64,000 bases of DNA from Marsupella aquatica (GCA_973895155.1 OZ316896.1:11794830-11858829), one strand, 5' to 3'; positions 49,768-63,938 are shown, numbered from the stretch's first letter. Notes: generated by a model from the sequence alone, not told the origin. Program-made: numbers and translations.

Positions 49768-52194
49768 ATGGGGGAAGAGGGTGATGACATGGAGATAGAC
49801 ATGGGGCTTGGAGAGTGGGGTGAAGAGGAAAGATTGGATATGGATGGAGATCCAGATGCAGGGCCCTCACAGAAAAATGCATCTGTGTAGGATGCACAGG
49901 GCCCTCATCAAGTGCCAGGTAGGTGGGCAGCTAGAGAGAAATCACATAATCCATACCCTAGAAGGAGCCAGAGTTATTGGCAAGGGACGCCTGATGATTA
50001 TGATGATGACTATGATGGAGCAGAAGATGGATGGGATGAATATGAACACCTAGAGCGTGGTAGAGACGGGTATAGAGGGCAATGGAACGGTGAGGAGGAT
50101 GATTGGACAAGTAAGTGCCTTGTGCTAGTGATTTTGTGATGGTAGTAGAGATTTAGCTCAATATGGACTTATCTGATGTCTAGCTAGGGCAAAGAGTTTA
50201 TCTTACAGGTCCATCAGTGTGGCATGTACCTGTTGGTATGCAGACTCTGATTGGGACAATCACGAAAACAACAAAGGCCATCCACGTTCAGATAGGAGGC
50301 AATCATTCATAGGCGGGAGAAACGACCCTAATTCATCAAGACAAAGCAATTGGACAGGTGGTCCAGAACCATCTATGCGCCAAGGGAGAGGTAACTTGGT
50401 CATTGTAGAATTGCTCTGAAGTCCAGTGTATATTTGGCAGCAAAATTTATGCTTCATACTTACCTAATGGATCCCGTAAATGTGCAGGGACTCCAGGGAG
50501 GTTTGGACAATGCAATCCACGCCGTGGGGGGAGATCAGGCCGTGGAGGGACCCCAGGCCATGGGGGGACATCAGGCCGTGGAGGGACACCTAGTAGCGCT
50601 TCAGGGAGTACCAAGGCAGGAGACAGTAACAAATTTGGTAAAGTAGAAGTGAATTCCGAAGGTTGGATAACTCCCACATGTGATGGTAAGAACCGTTGGC
50701 ATTCTGACCTAAGAGGAGAAGTATTGTGTTGGTTAGATTTGAGCATTACAGAGTTTAGGAGTCAGAACAAAGCTGATTGGGCTGCTATCTGCAAGGACAT
50801 TCTTGAACGGTGGGACTATGTTGGTAATGATGGTAAGGGCCTAGTTGAAGATTGCATATCAGATTATGCAATGAGGATTTTGAAACAAGAGAGGCATAGG
50901 TTGAAAAGGATGTGGATAGACAATGGTTCTAACAGGAGAATGCCACCACCCCCATCATTGGAACTGGATCAATGGACACGGTTAATCAAAGGGTTCATGT
51001 CGGAGGCTGGACAGAGCAAGAGTGAACTGATGTCAAATGCTCGAGGCAAAGTGAAACACCTTTCACAGGCTGGGAGAGGAAGTTATGCTCCAGTGAAAGA
51101 ACAATTGGTAAGGCAGTGACATGCCTGATAGTAAGCCTCAAACTTATCATCTTGCTACCATTATTACATTTTCATTGACAATCAACACTTGGTTTCATTC
51201 ATATGTATGTTGATGTGGACTGCAGAAGAAATTGACAGGTGAAGAACCATCAGCACAAGAAGTGAGAGAGGAGTTCATGAAACAAAGGAGTGAGGTGACA
51301 AGTGTGACTTCCAAACAGGTGATTATGTTGTAATTCTATATGTTCTGTGACTATTTGGCCTTGAGCATCAGAAAGAAATGTAGTAGGAAGTAAGCAACCA
51401 GTTCTTGGGGACAGTTATCTGAGATATGTAAGCTGTGTTATGATAGGGAACTGTTACAACTCTCATAGAGATGTGTGAACGGTTGAAGTCATTAGAGTGT
51501 GGACTCCCTCGAGTGGAAAGTAAATTGGCTGATCGTTTGGATATTGTGGAGGCATCTGTAGCAAACCTTCTTGCATCAGTGGAATCTAATTTCAAGCTTG
51601 TGATTGAAAAATTGGGTGGTTCCCAACCAAACAATGAGGGCAACATTGTACAAAGTGTGCCCTTGTTAACAAAACAGGGAATTGGCAAATCTGACACAGG
51701 TATGGAAATGACACCGGCCCATTGTTCATTGTGTCCTATGTTCAAATGTTAGAAGTAAGTTTTCATGAATTGAGTGAATGGTTTGAATGTAGGAAGAGTG
51801 GAGGCAGAGAAGGACCCTGTAATCAGTAAGCAGAAGGGAAAGAAGGTTGCTGAGACAGGTAACCTGCTATGATCCAGTACATTACATTTGAAAAGTGCAT
51901 GGAGTTTTGTGAAGCTTAAGCCGGTTGGAGATAATCTTTTCTGTAAGAACTGGTTGGATGAACTGGTTGGACTCGCAGGTATGTGTGGGTACAGGCATTT
52001 TGCGACCGGATCATGCTAAATTCCATGGCAAAGTGGTCCCGGATGACCATGTAGTAGTGTTGTTGACTACAGTGATTGTATCTGATTGTAATTTGCCATT
52101 TCCGAATAGAGACGATGATCCACCTCAGGAAATAATTGCAGATGCAGTAGGATCTCTTGTGCTCTGGCCATCAGAGTGTGTTAGTCTGCAGTGA
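49768..52194 (+). pseudogene. Multi-exon CACTA TnpA-like second gene
   Basis: Acidic N-terminal exons; RHRLKR..PPP..QWTRLI..SE.MSNAR..GRGSY (Ptta/En/Spm-like); last exon FHGKVVPDDHVVV..LPFPN..AVGSLVLWP; GT..AG introns. Confidence 0.65.
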
Positions 52195-53884
52195 CTGAAT
52201 GCAAGTGTAGATAGAATCATGTAAATTGTGTCACATTTTGACATTGCCTTGGAAAGATCCAAGAAATATCTGTACCAATTTTTCCATTTGGTAAAGAGGA
52301 TGAAGGAGCCGTTGTGTGTGACATTGATATTTCTGAATTCTGTGTGTATGAAACAAGTGATTGATATCAAACTATGATACTTGAATCTGTTTTGTATCAT
52401 TTCAGTATCAGTGTGTATGGTATAGAGGAATACTTTGTGACCTTCTTTGTAGTCTATAAAGTTTGAATCTGTGAATTCATATTAGTGTACATGGTATAGA
52501 AGATGGCTTTCTGAAACTCTATGTGTTCTAATGTTAACATGATGAATGGTGAGCTTATAGAGTGAGTTCATTCCAAGTACACAATAAAACATGAATGAAA
52601 TATGTTATTTGTGCACAAGAGTGGGTTCATTCCAAGTAGTATAGTGGGGTCTTCATCACTCATATCCAGTTGACATGAAAGACTTATACATACCCCACAA
52701 AGTATATTTAAAGACTACCCTCCATAACCTTTTTAGTCGTTCCCAACGACTCACCATCGTAGCCCATAAAAGACTGAAAACGACTCACCAAAGCTACCCA
52801 CACAAAGACTAAAATAGACTGAAAATCCAGTCTATTAAACGACTTATAAACCACTTCTATAAAGGACTCAGTTGATTATAGTAACAAAATATATGACTCG
52901 CAGTCCTATAAATGACTGGAGTCCTTCCCAGTCGTTTCCAAGTCCTATACGGTACTGAATAGTCGTTTAATGGGGTCTAAATACCCCCCGGTTTCTACTA
53001 GTGGAGCCTTGTCCCCTCCCGGCCATTTCTCAAGTTCCTTGGGTTCCCCTGTGTCTCTTGCGGTTTTCTCCAGATAAGTTGGGTGGGAAGGGCGTACCCT
53101 TTTCCGCAAGGACTCCTAAGCACTTTTGGTACCAAGAGACATGTGTGATCTACTCCAGATATTGACAATAACACCAGAGTAGTCAGGGCCAAGCCCACAC
53201 TCCACAAATCTCTCCTCCAAGTGATAATCTTCTCTACGTGCCTCTATCAACTCTCGGCTATGATCTCTCTTCTATTACACTATTATGAACACACTCACAT
53301 CCCCATCTGTGCATCTATATAGTATTAATGGATCCGACAACGCGATAATCGCAGTGTATCCTTCTTCCCCAAACTTCTATGTCAAAACCTGCCTAATATC
53401 TACCTTCCTCTTTACTATCAACTTAATGCTCACCATAGAACGTAAATTCAAAATCTGAGGACTCTCATTCAAATCGATATTGACATTCATACTTCCTATA
53501 TGCTTTCTAACTAAGAGAGGTTCAGCGACAGAGCCATCCCTACTTGATCACAGGTTCGTGAACATTATATCTATGGTATTGGCGGTATAGCCGACCTTGC
53601 TAGATTCAAAGTTCCATCTTCAAGGTACTCGAGTGGTGGCAATGCCTTCCATGACCAAGAATCAAGAAACTTAGAATCCTTCCACCATAGAAACCGGCAA
53701 CATAGCCATTCCGTTTAGTCCTATAACCGATGCTCAAGCATTCTTCCAATGCAAATGCACTCTATGCACTCTCTATTCTCACGCTCATACGCTGGAAATG
53801 CTGGAAAAATGGACTCCCCTAGGAGGGGGAGCCTCCCTCTTATTTATAGTTGAAGCCAGGCCACGCTGGTCCCTTTACAAGAGT

Positions 53885-54130
53885 ATCCTAGAAGATACTA
53901 GAATTAACTAGAACTTACTAGAAGTTACTATTTACCCACGGTAAATTCTAGAACTTACTTTTTACCATGGTAAATTCTAGAAGTTACCGGAATTTACCTT
54001 TTTACTATGGTAAATACTAGAAATTACTATTTACTATGGTAGATTCTAGAAGTTACTGGAATTTACCTTTTTACTAAGGTAAATTCTAGAAATTACTATT
54101 TACTATGGTAGATCTTGAAAATTACCAAGA
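53885..54130. repeat. Tandem repeats (ggtaaattctagaa[g/a]ttacta units) in the solo LTR
   Basis: Visible repeated ~30/65-bp units. Confidence 0.8.
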
Positions 54131-55036
54131 CTTATAATTTTATTTGGTAAAACCCAAAATCTCCTTTTTACCACAAAAACCTCTACTTTTACATTTTCAC
54201 ACAAAACCAAGCTATTCTCCATATAATTTAATTCCCTTACGACACCGTCGACCTCGTTCTCTTTGCAGGGGTGGCCTCTTCGTTGTTGTTCCTTTCCTCT
54301 TCATAGTGGCTGCCATGGATGTTTCTCCGAGCATGGTTGCCTTCGTCCACACCTTCTTGCTATCCTTCAACTCCCAGTGTATGTTGTTGCAGCGGTTGAT
54401 GGTTTCCTGGATGCCAACAACTCTGTTATCGCAAAATAGAAGGTCGTCAAGCTGATTGGCAATAGGAGTCCACATGAACTCGGCCTTGATAAGCTCTCCT
54501 CCTATGAAGGCAGACTTTTGTAGCTCCCATAGTCGAGCAAGCTCCTGTTGTTCTCGAGCTGCCCTTTCTGATTCTTTGTCCTCGTAGGTCCCAATGTACT
54601 CAGTTTCCCGTTTGAATTGGCATCCCCAAAAATGAGCAGCTTGATTGACGTTGCTCATTCCCTCCTTGAATTGATAGTCGGTATTTGCTCCCGCCCATAG
54701 TGCTTGCCTAAGCAGCTGATAGTAGTTGGCTTCTCGTACTCGTCTGCTTAGTTCGTGCTTCCAAATAAACCACCGTTCCTTGCGATCGGTCCTTACCCCC
54801 TTTGCCTGGTCTTCCTTCCTGTTGATTACCCATAGCCGCCGGTACTTAGCGCTTTAACCCTAATTGTGTTCCTTGCCGTGGCATCCTTACTTCCGGCCTC
54901 AGCTCGAGTTCCATAGTCACCCTTAATTGTTTATAATTTCCTTGTTTTTGTTACTATACTAATGTGTTTTCAGGGTACACTCCTGGTTTTACCATTTTAA
55001 CTGGCCTAGTGATTCCTGGCTAGGCATCACAGGTAC

Positions 55037-57842
55037 TCCTGAGTGAAAAGATGGTACTGTTGAGTAAAAAGATGATACTCTAAAATCTTTAATCAAGAGG
55101 AGGATACTCTTATGTGGAAAGAGGGTACTCTAATGTGGATGAGGGTATTCAAAAGAAGAGGAAAGAAGAGGCAAAGGGTAATCAAAGGAGTAAAGAAAAT
55201 ATAAAAAATATTTTGTCGGTGATCAGCGTGATTGAAGCATGGAATTAAGTAAGAATGAAGACTCAACCTCCCATTGATTGATGAGATACGGTAGTTGGGA
55301 AATTCACTGATTACAAGTAGCGTAATTGAAGTTCCAAGTTGAGTTGAAGGTGGCAATGTCAACATCACAAGTTGTCAAAGTTGAAATCGCGAAAAACTAG
55401 TGGTGGGAAAACTCATCAGCACCAAATATTTTTTGGAGCCAGATTTGCTAGAATTGGCTGATTTTTTTGTGGAGTTAGAAGGAAAATAGACGCATCTTTT
55501 GGCAAAGTATGAGCACCAACTGAGGTCTGGTTGGTGAGAGAAAAATCAAATGCTGGAGGGGGTATGTAATTTTTTATCTTTTGTTGCAAATCTGATTCTA
55601 CACATTTAATCATATGAATGCTGTTATAGTCCATTGATTGGTGAAAAGATAGTGGTTGTCATTAGTTCGGGTTGTGAAGCCCATGAGGAAGAAGGTGGTA
55701 GGTTGGAAGGGAAAGTCAAAATGGAGCTAGGAGTTCCAATGGCAAGTTGCTGAAACTGAAAATCACAGAAATGATGAATAGAAAAAATCAGCGACGGTAA
55801 ATATTTTCCATAGCAACATTTACTTAACCAAATTGATTGAAATTTGGTGTGAAAATAGAAGGGAAGTAGACGCACCTTTTGGCAAAATATTAGCACCAAT
55901 TAAGGTCTGGTTGGTGACATAAAAATCAGATGTTGGGAGGGGGTCTCCTGGTGATTTTTCTACGCAAATTGTTGCGAGTTTGCTTGAAGTTCTTGAAGCA
56001 CGTGGATAGTGTTATGGTGGAGGAAGACTTTTCTTGTGTGAAGGAGACCTTCAAGGTGAATTATGCTGATTGATTGTGAAAGAAGGTGAGCTGCTGTTGA
56101 TCATTGGAGGATGAGAGGGATGGAATTTTTGCAACTGATGTATAGCAGTAGACCAAGGGCAATCATCAATTGGATTGTAGTGGACAATTGATTTGAATGG
56201 AGGTTGATGGCTTGATTAGGAGCTACATTGGAAGAAAAGCACTTGAGCAACCCATTGTGAGGTTTGGATTGGAGTGGATTGGAGTGGCTGACAAGTATTT
56301 AAGGATTGTAGTTTCTTGTGTTGAGGGAAGATGTCTTGTTGCTTAGTGGAAACTTTGCCCACATGGAGTGAAAACTAAGATCAACAAGCATATGATCCCA
56401 AAGTTGGATAGTTGTAGAGAAGTGAGAACAAGGACCCTGGACGTAGGTTCTATTTGTACCAGAAAATTTATGATATTACATAAAGTGTATTTTTCTTGCA
56501 TACTTCTTTGCTATGACTCCAATTTTGTAGTTAGCATGAGAATTGAGCTTTAGAGGGATTGAGTTCCTGGATGATACCTTGTGCTCAAGTCCGTTGATTT
56601 CCTAGATGTTCGATATGCTTTTTGTGGTGTGTTTTGCTATTCATCTTTGGTGTCCCATTGGCTAGAGTTACCCTTGGGGGTGACACTCTAATTTCTAGAA
56701 TCAGCTTTTTATCAACCTGTCCCCCTAACTTGTTGAAATTCCTAAGCTATCCCCCAAATGATTTTATTTACTTCCCTGCCCCCCATTCCGTATACGGAAT
56801 AGTATTTTCTCATCTTTGGGGTTCCGGATGCCAGGTGGCAAGGCGTCATTGGCCCGGATGTTTCTGGCCAAGTACTGCTTCTCCCTGCCCGACTGCTGCT
56901 TGCCCCCTCCCCGCCGCGGCCCGTTTTGATGGAACGGGCTTTGCTTCAGACCCGGGAGGAGGCCAAACGCCCCCCCCCACAAACCTCCGCTCCCTCTAAG
57001 CCTTCGTGAATTCCGGACCTCCGCTCCCCCTAAGACCTCCTGAAGCCCTGACCTCCCATCGCAGCCCGAGTACACAGGAGAACGCAGCATTGAGCCCCGT
57101 TTTTACAAAGGAAAAAAAGTCCAGGCCAATGATGCCTTGCCACCTGGCATCCAGAACCCCAAAATGAGAGAATACTATTCCATATACGGAATGGGGGGCA
57201 GGGAAGTAAATAAAATGGTTTGGGGGACAGCTTACAAATTTCAACAAGTTAGGGGGACAGGTTAATAAAAAGCTGTTTCTAGAATTGGGAGATGATTTTT
57301 GACTAGGGGAGCTGGTAAAGTTTTATGCTTGAGATCGTGTTGTAGTCGGGACCTATGGGCTTAGCCCCTAGTCAACTTTATAAATCAATTGATGGTAAGA
57401 ATAGTAGCATAACAACAACATGAGCTTATGTGATATCTAGCAGAATTTTCTCAATGAGTTGTCAGTTTGTTGTTGGTATGTAAGATCAACTAGAAGTTGT
57501 GTTGTGATTTCACGTTTTCCTTGGTCCGGGCAATATACCTTGGTATCATATTGGCGATTCCTTGTAGTGGCTCGATGTGTAGTTGTGAGCTTTTAGTAGG
57601 GAATTGCTTGTAGGTTTTTCCTAGTCACCCTATTTTAAGCACATTAGTAAAGCTTGCACTCTCACAAAGGAGTCTTTGTGGAGAGTTAGGTCTTGTTGTT
57701 TTGTCGTTGTAGTTTGTGGGTCAAAGTGGAGAATGTTCTCCAGCCTCTTGTAGGATAGAGGTGGAGTTTTGTTGGTTCTAAGTCTAAATATTTTTATCCA
57801 TCTTTCACTTATGGTCTCACCCTAAGCTCTTCCATGGGAACA
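55037..57842 (+). mobile_element. LTR-like non-coding sequence, possibly starting TGTCATG at 33600 and split by copy 2
   Basis: TGTCATG start like the LTR at 7740; internal duplication ~55485-55560 vs ~55865-55945; ends ..GGGAACA followed by TGGTA. No TSD found. Confidence 0.3.
56702..57275. mobile_element. Mutator-like MITE (574 bp) with long TIRs
   Basis: ~155-bp TIRs starting CAGCTTTTTAT; 10-bp TSD TTTCTAGAAT (56692-56701, 57276-57285). Confidence 0.92.
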
Positions 57843-57879
57843 AACTGGTAGAAATAGAGATATTTTGCTTGGGTTGTGT

Positions 57880-58875
57880 GCTACTCGTGAGTTACCCACC
57901 ACGACAGTGGTGGCCCTCCTACCACGTGCCTGTCCAAACTCGTTTCTCAGCCTTGAAACAAGTCGAACCTTGCACTAACACAGAATGTTGGGGCAAGTTC
58001 TCTTCGACTATACTCCTTGTCGTTAGCAACCCCTCCCATACGAAGCCGCATTTGCCCTTGTCAGCACAACCGTCGCTCAACGGTCTTTGCTATCTGCAGA
58101 AGCAACCAACCAACCGGTAAGAACCCGTCTTGATCTCAGAACTTCCAAGACCATTGTCTTGCATCAAGCTCAACAGTCGTTAGTAAGTAGGTCAGCGGAT
58201 AGAGCCTCCCAGGCCCGCATGGCCTTGCCATAAGCTGAAACTAAGGTCGGCATCACTGTTCGTCCGGAATAGTCTATCAACCGGATGTCGCCCAAGCTTC
58301 CCCACTTTCTACCCATCAATGGTTGACCGCCCTGCCTCCAGGACATGCCCATGGCCCAAACTTAGTTTGTCACAAACTAGTAGTAACACGCCGGGACCAT
58401 TCGATTTCTAGATCTTAGCCACCTCTCGGCGAAACCGGGTCTCGCTCAACCTCTCACCATGCATCGGGACCAGATCTCAACGGCAGCCCCCAGAGTCTAC
58501 TTGGTTCTACCTCTCCAACCTCAGGTCCCCGTGGGAACCAAATGCGATTTGGTCACTATTCGACTTCGGATCGATAAGAGGGACTACCCCCATTGCAAGC
58601 CTCAAAACCAAAACCATCCAATTCACAATCAGAGAGCACCATGAGGTATCTTTCTTCATTAGCTTTCCAACGAGCCCAAGAACTCCCCCAATGGAGATCC
58701 GGTCGTCGAGTTATGCTTGTTTCCGCTTCAAAACTCAAAACGACGTATCTTCGTCGATCGCAATCAGCTCGAGCTCAAACTTGAGAGGACCACTACCCTC
58801 ATATATGCTTCTGGGGACCTGCCACCCCCGGACCAGCTTTGGTCCCCTATCTTTGGCTCCCTACCCGAGGGTCCG
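57880..58875 (-). mobile_element. Degenerate LINE ORF2 3' fragment
   Basis: Minus-strand pieces resembling the post-RT region (KYLGV-like, VAW..GGLG-like, Cys/His zf-RVT-like). Heavily decayed. Confidence 0.45.
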
Positions 58876-61800
58876 TGTTGTGCGTCCCATGGCTCTCCAA
58901 ACCCAAGAAACCCCCCTGCACAAGCCGATTCCCATAGGTTTCGTCCTCGGCGAGGCCGTTTCCGTGGCTTAGCGGCATCGGACGCTGCTAATTTCCTTCT
59001 ACTACTACCACCATTAACATTTTACACACATATACTAGACAGATCCTTCATTGGGTCATGAGATACGTAGCCGGCCTAAACCAGGGCTTACCTTGTCTTC
59101 CCTTCGTCTTCTTTAGGTATATTTGGATTCCGTCGTCGGAATGATCCTCAATTGGCTTGGTTAAGCTGTTAAGACCTCTCTCAGCTTGACACATCCAATT
59201 CTCACTCCCTTACTTACTTCCCTTCTATATTAGTCGATGTGGGCACTCTTCACACAAGTTTATGCGACACACAAATAGCAAAATCACTCTTTCTGACTGA
59301 GTTATACCATGCACTTGCCATACAAACAGTACGTCTCATACACAAGCTTTGCGAACTAAGTCGTGAGGCCAACTCTATTCAGCTCTTAGGCATGAGGAAA
59401 CATGAATATACACAAGGGTCACTGTATAAGTAACCGAGAGCTTCTCTTACTACTTGATCCCAGCCCTGCTGGTGCAACTAAAAACTTGCTAAAGAAGAGG
59501 CCCTGAACTCCCTATAGCCTAGGTACTTATCCTGGCTGTGGATCCGCCCAATTCCTTGCAGCATAAGCCTAATCTACCTAACTATAATCTACCTAACTGT
59601 AATCTACCTAATTGTAATCTACCTATGTACAGAGAGGCAGGAGCACAAGTGTCGCCCTTACCCGTGGATCTGCAATCCCACCAATCTAAGTGTCAGGGCC
59701 GCCTCCTGGTCCTGATCCTAAGTCTAAACTTGGAGATCAGCGCCCGCCCTGCCCACTCACGCCTCCTACCTCCACGTCCGCCCTTCCTAAAAGGAACGGC
59801 GCCCTTGCACCGTCACGACACCGGTGGTGGATCCTCAATGGACGCCCCCAAAGCTTCCCCCGCAGCCACTACCGTTGGTCCGTCCTCTGACAGATTACCT
59901 GCCCCGGACCGAGTCAACTCTTCATCGCCCTGACCGGGTCCACCCTCGGCTTCAACCTCAGTATCGGTCACGGCTTCTGATATGGCTACAGCCTCCCCGG
60001 CCTGTTCTAGTGGAGGATCCGGTACCTCGACTTCATTACTGGTTGTCCCGGCCTCGGCCTTGCCATCCCCACTTCCTAGGACCGGTGGATCCACCGCCGT
60101 ATCGATGCCGGAGTTTGGTGCCGGGTTTACCTTCTCGGTCACAACGGCTTGAGGAGTCGTATAATTCCCAAACCCAGAAGGTTTCCGCTTCTTCTTCTTC
60201 CCTGTTTTGGCAGTTGGTTCCTTCCCCTTGCCTTCTACCTCCAGCACCGGGGTGAGTGTCTCGGCTTGTCTTTTGGCCGGTACCACTCCTGGCAACTTGC
60301 TTCCCACAATTGGAGTTGGACCAGATGAAGCTAAGCACTTAAATACTGTAGCTTGTTTCTTCAGCCGCTCCGTTTGGTTGCTTGCCCGCCGTTGTAAGTT
60401 CTCCATCTTCCTTGTGATTTCCTCCAACTCCTCTTGGGTTTTGTCCAGGTCCTTCCGTACCTCCTCTCGCTCCTTCTGGGCCTCATGCAACTCCTTCTGG
60501 GCTTCTTGCAATTCTTTCTCTAAGGTAGCCCTCTTCCTTGTCAAGCTCCTTCACAACTTCAGACTCCATCTTATCAATCTTGGCGTAAGTCTGATCGAGC
60601 TGGTCGTCTTTCTCCTGCAGGTTGGCCTTGAAGCTGGCCGTCAGAGATGCAAGCTCCTGCTGTAGCGCAATGATCCCTTGATAGGCCTTCCTTAACTCGG
60701 CCTCCTTCTGCTCAAGGGCTCCGCGGATATCCTTGAGTTCCCCCTTTAATGCCCTCTCCCTTCTCTGGGCTCCGCCATGGCCCGATTGTTGGCTGCTAAG
60801 TGGGCCTCCTCTGCGTCCCTTAGCTCCCGCTTCCACTTCTCCCTTTCCTTGACTGCGCCGGCCAACTCTCCTTGGGTCCGAGTCAGTTTATCTTTGATAA
60901 TTTGATTGTCAGACTGAGCGGCATCCAATTGCCCTTGCATGATGTTTAGCTCATGCTGCTTAATCCGCAGCTCATCTTGGGCTTTCTTGGCCGCCTTCAG
61001 GTCTTCCACCTTGGCTTATTTTACCCTAAGCCGTCGGATGACCTCGTCCTTCTTGCTTCTCTCCACAGCCACCGCTTCTTCTAATCGGTGCTTCTCCAAC
61101 ATCTCCCTCTGGAAAAAGGGTCCCTGTTCCAACTCCTCCCCAAAGATACTGAGCGCAAGTTCCCCACACATCTCTTTGTACTCCATGGCTCTATCCTTAG
61201 CATAGGTGGAGTAAGTAGAAGCCATCGGCATCAACCACCGCGGCCTCTGCTCCCAAGCCGCCTTGCGGATCTCTTCAATCGTGGCTAGAGGGTTGGTTCT
61301 TTTTTCGGCAAGTCGCCTGATGTCCTCCGGCCAATCTCCTCCTGGTAAATCTTTTTCCCTAGCCAGGGCTGCCTCCTCTTCCTCCCTAAGTCGCTCCTGA
61401 AACTCTTGTGCCATCTGCTTTATGCTGTCAAAGCTCGGGGGAGAGACATCTGGTGGGGGAGACTTGGGGCTATTCTGCTGGGTGGGGTCCCCTCGAACTA
61501 CTCTTGGAAGCGTGGGGATAAACCGGCCACAGGTCCTTACTTCTGGAACATGATGATCCGACCCATAGCCGGCGTTATCATTGCTGTAGTCCTCCAACGC
61601 CTCCTCTATTGCTTGGACTCCTGACTTTCCCCTCTGTTCCCCTGGTCTTGCCGTGAAAACGGCCTCACAGATCACGGGCCCTGGTTCCTCCTCTAGCTTC
61701 CAGGCTATCTTCTCCCTCTGCTTTCCGCGGGTAGGAGCCTTAGGCTGCTCTGCCTCCGATTCGGGGCTGGAGGCTCCCACATATATTCGAACTCCAGGCT

Positions 61801-63054
61801 CGTGTTCTGGCCTCCTTCTCTCCTTGGCTCCGGTAAAGGGGTTTTCCCTCTTGAGTCGGCTTAGGCCGACCACTGTGGCAGTGTCCTGTACCGGTGCCAT
61901 TGTCGTTGCCGGTGCCGTCCTCTTCTCCTTCTCCAGCAATTTCAGCAGATTCTGCATTCCTGATTGCTGCATCGGCAAGTCTTCTTTCCTTGGCCAAAAC
62001 ACCTGCTCGATCGTAGGACTGGCGGGCTGGTTGGCTCTTTTGTTGCCGGCCTCTATTTTGCAACTTCCTCTGGTGCCCTTACCTGTAGGGGAAGTATTGG
62101 GGCAAAGATCTAACTTCGAGCATACCGACACAATAGTGGCATGTGATAGCAAAGCCGGGATACGCTTCCCATGCCGATCACCTGCTGCTCCTCCTTCAAG
62201 ATCTTCTTTAGTTGGTTGAGGAGGTACCTGTTGTAGTCCCGGCTTGGGTCTGGCCTCTCTGCCAGGTAGACTTGTGCCTTGCCGATCTCTGCCCTTGGCA
62301 AGTTGCAATGCATGGTCACCCGCAAGAAATCGATCATTTCTCCGATGTGCGGGTTGGTGCAGGTGTTCCGAAAGAAGCCATTCTTCGTCGATGGCCCTGG
62401 GAATGATTGGAACTCCTTGTCAGGCAAGGTCTTCCTGGTATCTACTTTGGTCTTATTGCCCATCGGCAAGCCAAACGCTTCGGCAATCACCTGGGGAGTG
62501 AGATAGTAATCCTTCCCATACACCCTCGTGGAATTGATCTCGGGCTCCCATGACCCCATGAATTCTAATAAGTCTAAATCCGGCACCTCCGGCTTCAGCC
62601 ATGGTAATTTCACGAAGGCTTCCAAGCCGGATCCAGCCATGAAGCCCTGGTACTTCTTGGTCTGCATGGCCGTAAAGCATGCATCCTCCTCTCGTGCAAA
62701 ATGTAGTTGCACTTCCTCTGATAGGGTTGCCGCCCAGCCTTTCCAGGTGTCATCCTTTGTTGGAATGGCATTGATGGGATCGACCTCCTCCTCTTTGGCT
62801 TCTCCTTGCCTCCTGCTCTGCTGGCTTCCTTGGTGCCGCCGACCTTGTTCTTTTTGCCGGGGTGGCCTCTTCGTTGTTGTTTCCTTTCCACTTCATCGCG
62901 GTTGCCATGGATGTTTCTCCTAGCACGGTTGCCTTTGTCCACCCCTCCGTGCTACCCTTCAACTCCCAGTGTACGTCGTTGCATCAGTTGATGGCTTCCC
63001 GAATGCTGACGATTCTGTTTTCACAAAACAGAAGGTCGTCGAGCTGATTGGCAA
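58876..63054 (-). mobile_element. 4.6-kb TG...CA element, copy 3 (right end lost or interrupted)
   Basis: TGTTGTGCGTCCCATGG start; colinear with copy 1 up to ..GCTGATTGGCAA at ~63054; frameshifted ORF pieces 59813-62962. Confidence 0.9.
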
Positions 63055-63144
63055 AGACTATTGATAAGGGTGTACAAAGACTATTGAGTATGACTCTAAG
63101 TTGTATTTGACTACAGTTGCAGGGACACTTACAAACAATTAAGG

Positions 63145-63938
63145 ATGGAGTTTGTTGATTGGCAACTCTTTCAAGTTGATTGTCATGGAGAAGAGAAAGA
63201 GTTCATCTCTCCTATATCTTTGAAGGATGGTCCTACAGTTGGGCAATTGAGTAGCATCCGACAATATCTTGAAGGCATCAACCTTTTAGATTTTGAGTTT
63301 GATTTTTGGAATGAGAAATTGAAGAGACCTTTCAATCAAAAGTGGGAGAAAGCAAACATACTACTGGTTTAGAGATCATCATTTTTGCACTTCAACATAC
63401 AGAGAACTCCCCAAAGAGAGCTCGACTAGAATCTCAACCAAATTCTAGTGGACCTTCAATGGAAGACTTGTTCTTAGAGGTACCAATGCAGATGGATGAT
63501 GATTTACAAGATTATGGGATTGAAGATACTTTTGGAGATGACAATGCCTCTACTCCTATAACAAATCCAGTGATAGTTAAGGTCCCAACTACTCGCGATC
63601 GCACTATTCCTCCAGAGTTGGGAGGTCCTCCAAGGATGAGAAGTAAGATCATGATGGATGATCAAAAAGCCAATTGGGAGAGGGCAACTCGTGGGATTGT
63701 TGACAAGCTTGAGATAGATGGAAAGGGTGACCATCTCTGGTGGGTTGAAACATGGGATGAGGAAGACCATGCAATTGCAAAGATATGGTGCCAAGAATGT
63801 GAAAAATGGATTGGCACAGGGAAGGTTGATCAGTACTCTAACACTGCATCAAATTTTTGGAAGCAACATATTGCAACCAAGTTACATCGGGCCGAGTATG
63901 ACGCAAATGCAGACAAAAGAAGAGTGCCCAAGAGGTAG
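63145..63938 (+). pseudogene. Frameshifted ORF with a C2H2-like Zn finger, probably transposon-borne
   Basis: IWCQECEKWI..ASNFWKQHIATKLH; preceded by AAGACT repeats like the CACTA subtermini. Confidence 0.4.

Larger units (their letters stand above)
48869..53003 (+). mobile_element. CACTA (En/Spm) deletion derivative
   Basis: TIRs CACTAGTAGAAACCGGGG / CCCCGGTTTCTACTAGTG; TSD GAG (48866-48868, 53004-53006); GACT/AGTC subterminal repeats. Confidence 0.95.
48756..54244 (-). mobile_element. Solo LTR (~1.35 kb once the nested CACTA is removed)
   Basis: TGTC...GACA termini; TSD CCGC/CCGT; minus-strand TATAAATA near 53845; TTCTAGAA-type tandem repeats at 53885-54130; absent from copies 1 and 3. 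Confidence 0.7.
33624..55031 (-). mobile_element. 4.6-kb TG...CA element, copy 2, expanded to 21.4 kb by nested insertions
   Basis: TGTGGTGCG at 33624, GGCATCACA ending 55031; TSD GGTAC (33619-33623, 55032-55036). About 4574 bp remain after removing the MITE, MULE and solo LTR/CACTA. ORF remnants at 34392-37423, 48451-48755 and 54245-54914. Confidence 0.92.
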
